Assembly: GCA_904063045.1 (NCBI GenBank)
Contig: CAJFCJ010000118.1
Coordinates: forward strand, 1-35,116
Direction: 5' to 3'
Origin: Dimorphilus gyrociliatus
Lineage: Eukaryota; Animalia; Annelida
Length of the DNA: 35,116 bases
Part shown: one piece after another, positions 34,378-35,116 of the stretch
Layout of the letters: each line of letters opens with the position of its first letter
Position numbering within the stretch: position 1 is the stretch's first letter
The notes under the pieces: generated by a model
The model's database searches: none
Seen by the model: only the letters and a program-made list of their open reading frames with translations
Told to the model about the DNA's origin: nothing
Made by a program: the position numbers and the translations under genes

Positions 34378-34700
34378 GTGTCCAAAACATCCGGAAAAAG
34401 TTTCAATTGTATCATACTTTTGAAGATTTTCCCAGATGTGGCAGACCAGTCAAATTAAGTGAGTGAGATAAGAGAACAATATGCCTTATATCAAGCAGAT
34501 TCTGGGGAGCAAAAAAATTTTGTCAGCTTCTAAACTAGCATTAGGTATATCTCTATCAATATGTAAGAATGTTTTAAGGAAACATAACTTAAGAGGCTAT
34601 GTGGCAGCAAAAATAAACCCCTATTAAAAAAAAGACACTTGTCAAAATGTAAAAGACTCCTCTCTTGGACCACAGATCAAAATAATAGAATTGTGTTTTT
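34378..34700 (+). mobile_element. Degenerate Tc1-like transposase N-terminal fragment
   Basis: GRPVKLSE*DKRTICLISSR...SICKNVLRKHNLRGYVAAK matches the Tc1 GRP...S..T.RR.L...GL.G..A.K helix-turn-helix region. Stops and frameshifts are present. Confidence 0.55.
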
Positions 34701-35116
34701 GAATGGGGTCGACAGAAAACGTTAGGAAGAAGAAGAAAGAAACTGGTTTGTATTTAGGAGAGTCTCCTCTAAAAAGTTAGGTACAGCCAAGGGCTTGGTT
34801 AGGACTTGGGGTTAGGGATTAGCACAATCAGTAAAGACTGTTTTTAAGGCAAACGGGTATTGTCAATTATTCAAAGTCAATGCTCCAATAGAAGATGAAT
34901 TGCCAAATACTCCAATTGACATATATATAAAATCTCTATTATGTGGTAAGCATTTTCAACAAATTCAATGACAGCTTTCATGTATATTTTTTGTAATAAA
35001 AACAAATAACAGGGTTAGCTGAATTGAAAAGTAAGATTTCATAAAACTCTCCTCCTCTCTCTGTAAAATTTAAATCTCTTCCAGCTAAAGTCTATCATCA
35101 TATTCAGGGAAAAGAT

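Overview
AT-rich eukaryotic (animal, probably invertebrate) genomic DNA with very short (~50-65 bp) GT-AG introns. The left 7.2 kb is the 5' part of a minus-strand Ty3/gypsy-type LTR retrotransposon with a tRNA-Ser-type PBS and an unusual single polyprotein: Gag - protease - RT - (RNase H missing, in frame) - integrase/GPY-F - a second retropepsin - acidic spacer - signal peptide. The polyprotein runs into a frameshifted Env-like ORF that resembles class III viral fusion glycoproteins. Two Mutator/Phantom-like DNA transposons encode PHD-FLYWCH-MULE transposases: a deleted one between ~430-bp inverted repeats (8.6-11.3 kb) and a near-complete one with subrepeat TIRs and a 9-bp TSD (22316-24836). 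The rest is host genes or pseudogenes for secreted/surface mosaic proteins (chitin-binding+TSP1+C1q-like, multi-MAM+non-catalytic trypsin, PAN/apple exons, LDLa-LRR-7TM GPCR, tandem F-type lectin, ITI heavy-chain C-terminal-like), a 3 x 533-bp tandem repeat and Tc1-like remnants. All domain calls come from motif recognition by eye; no database searches were run.
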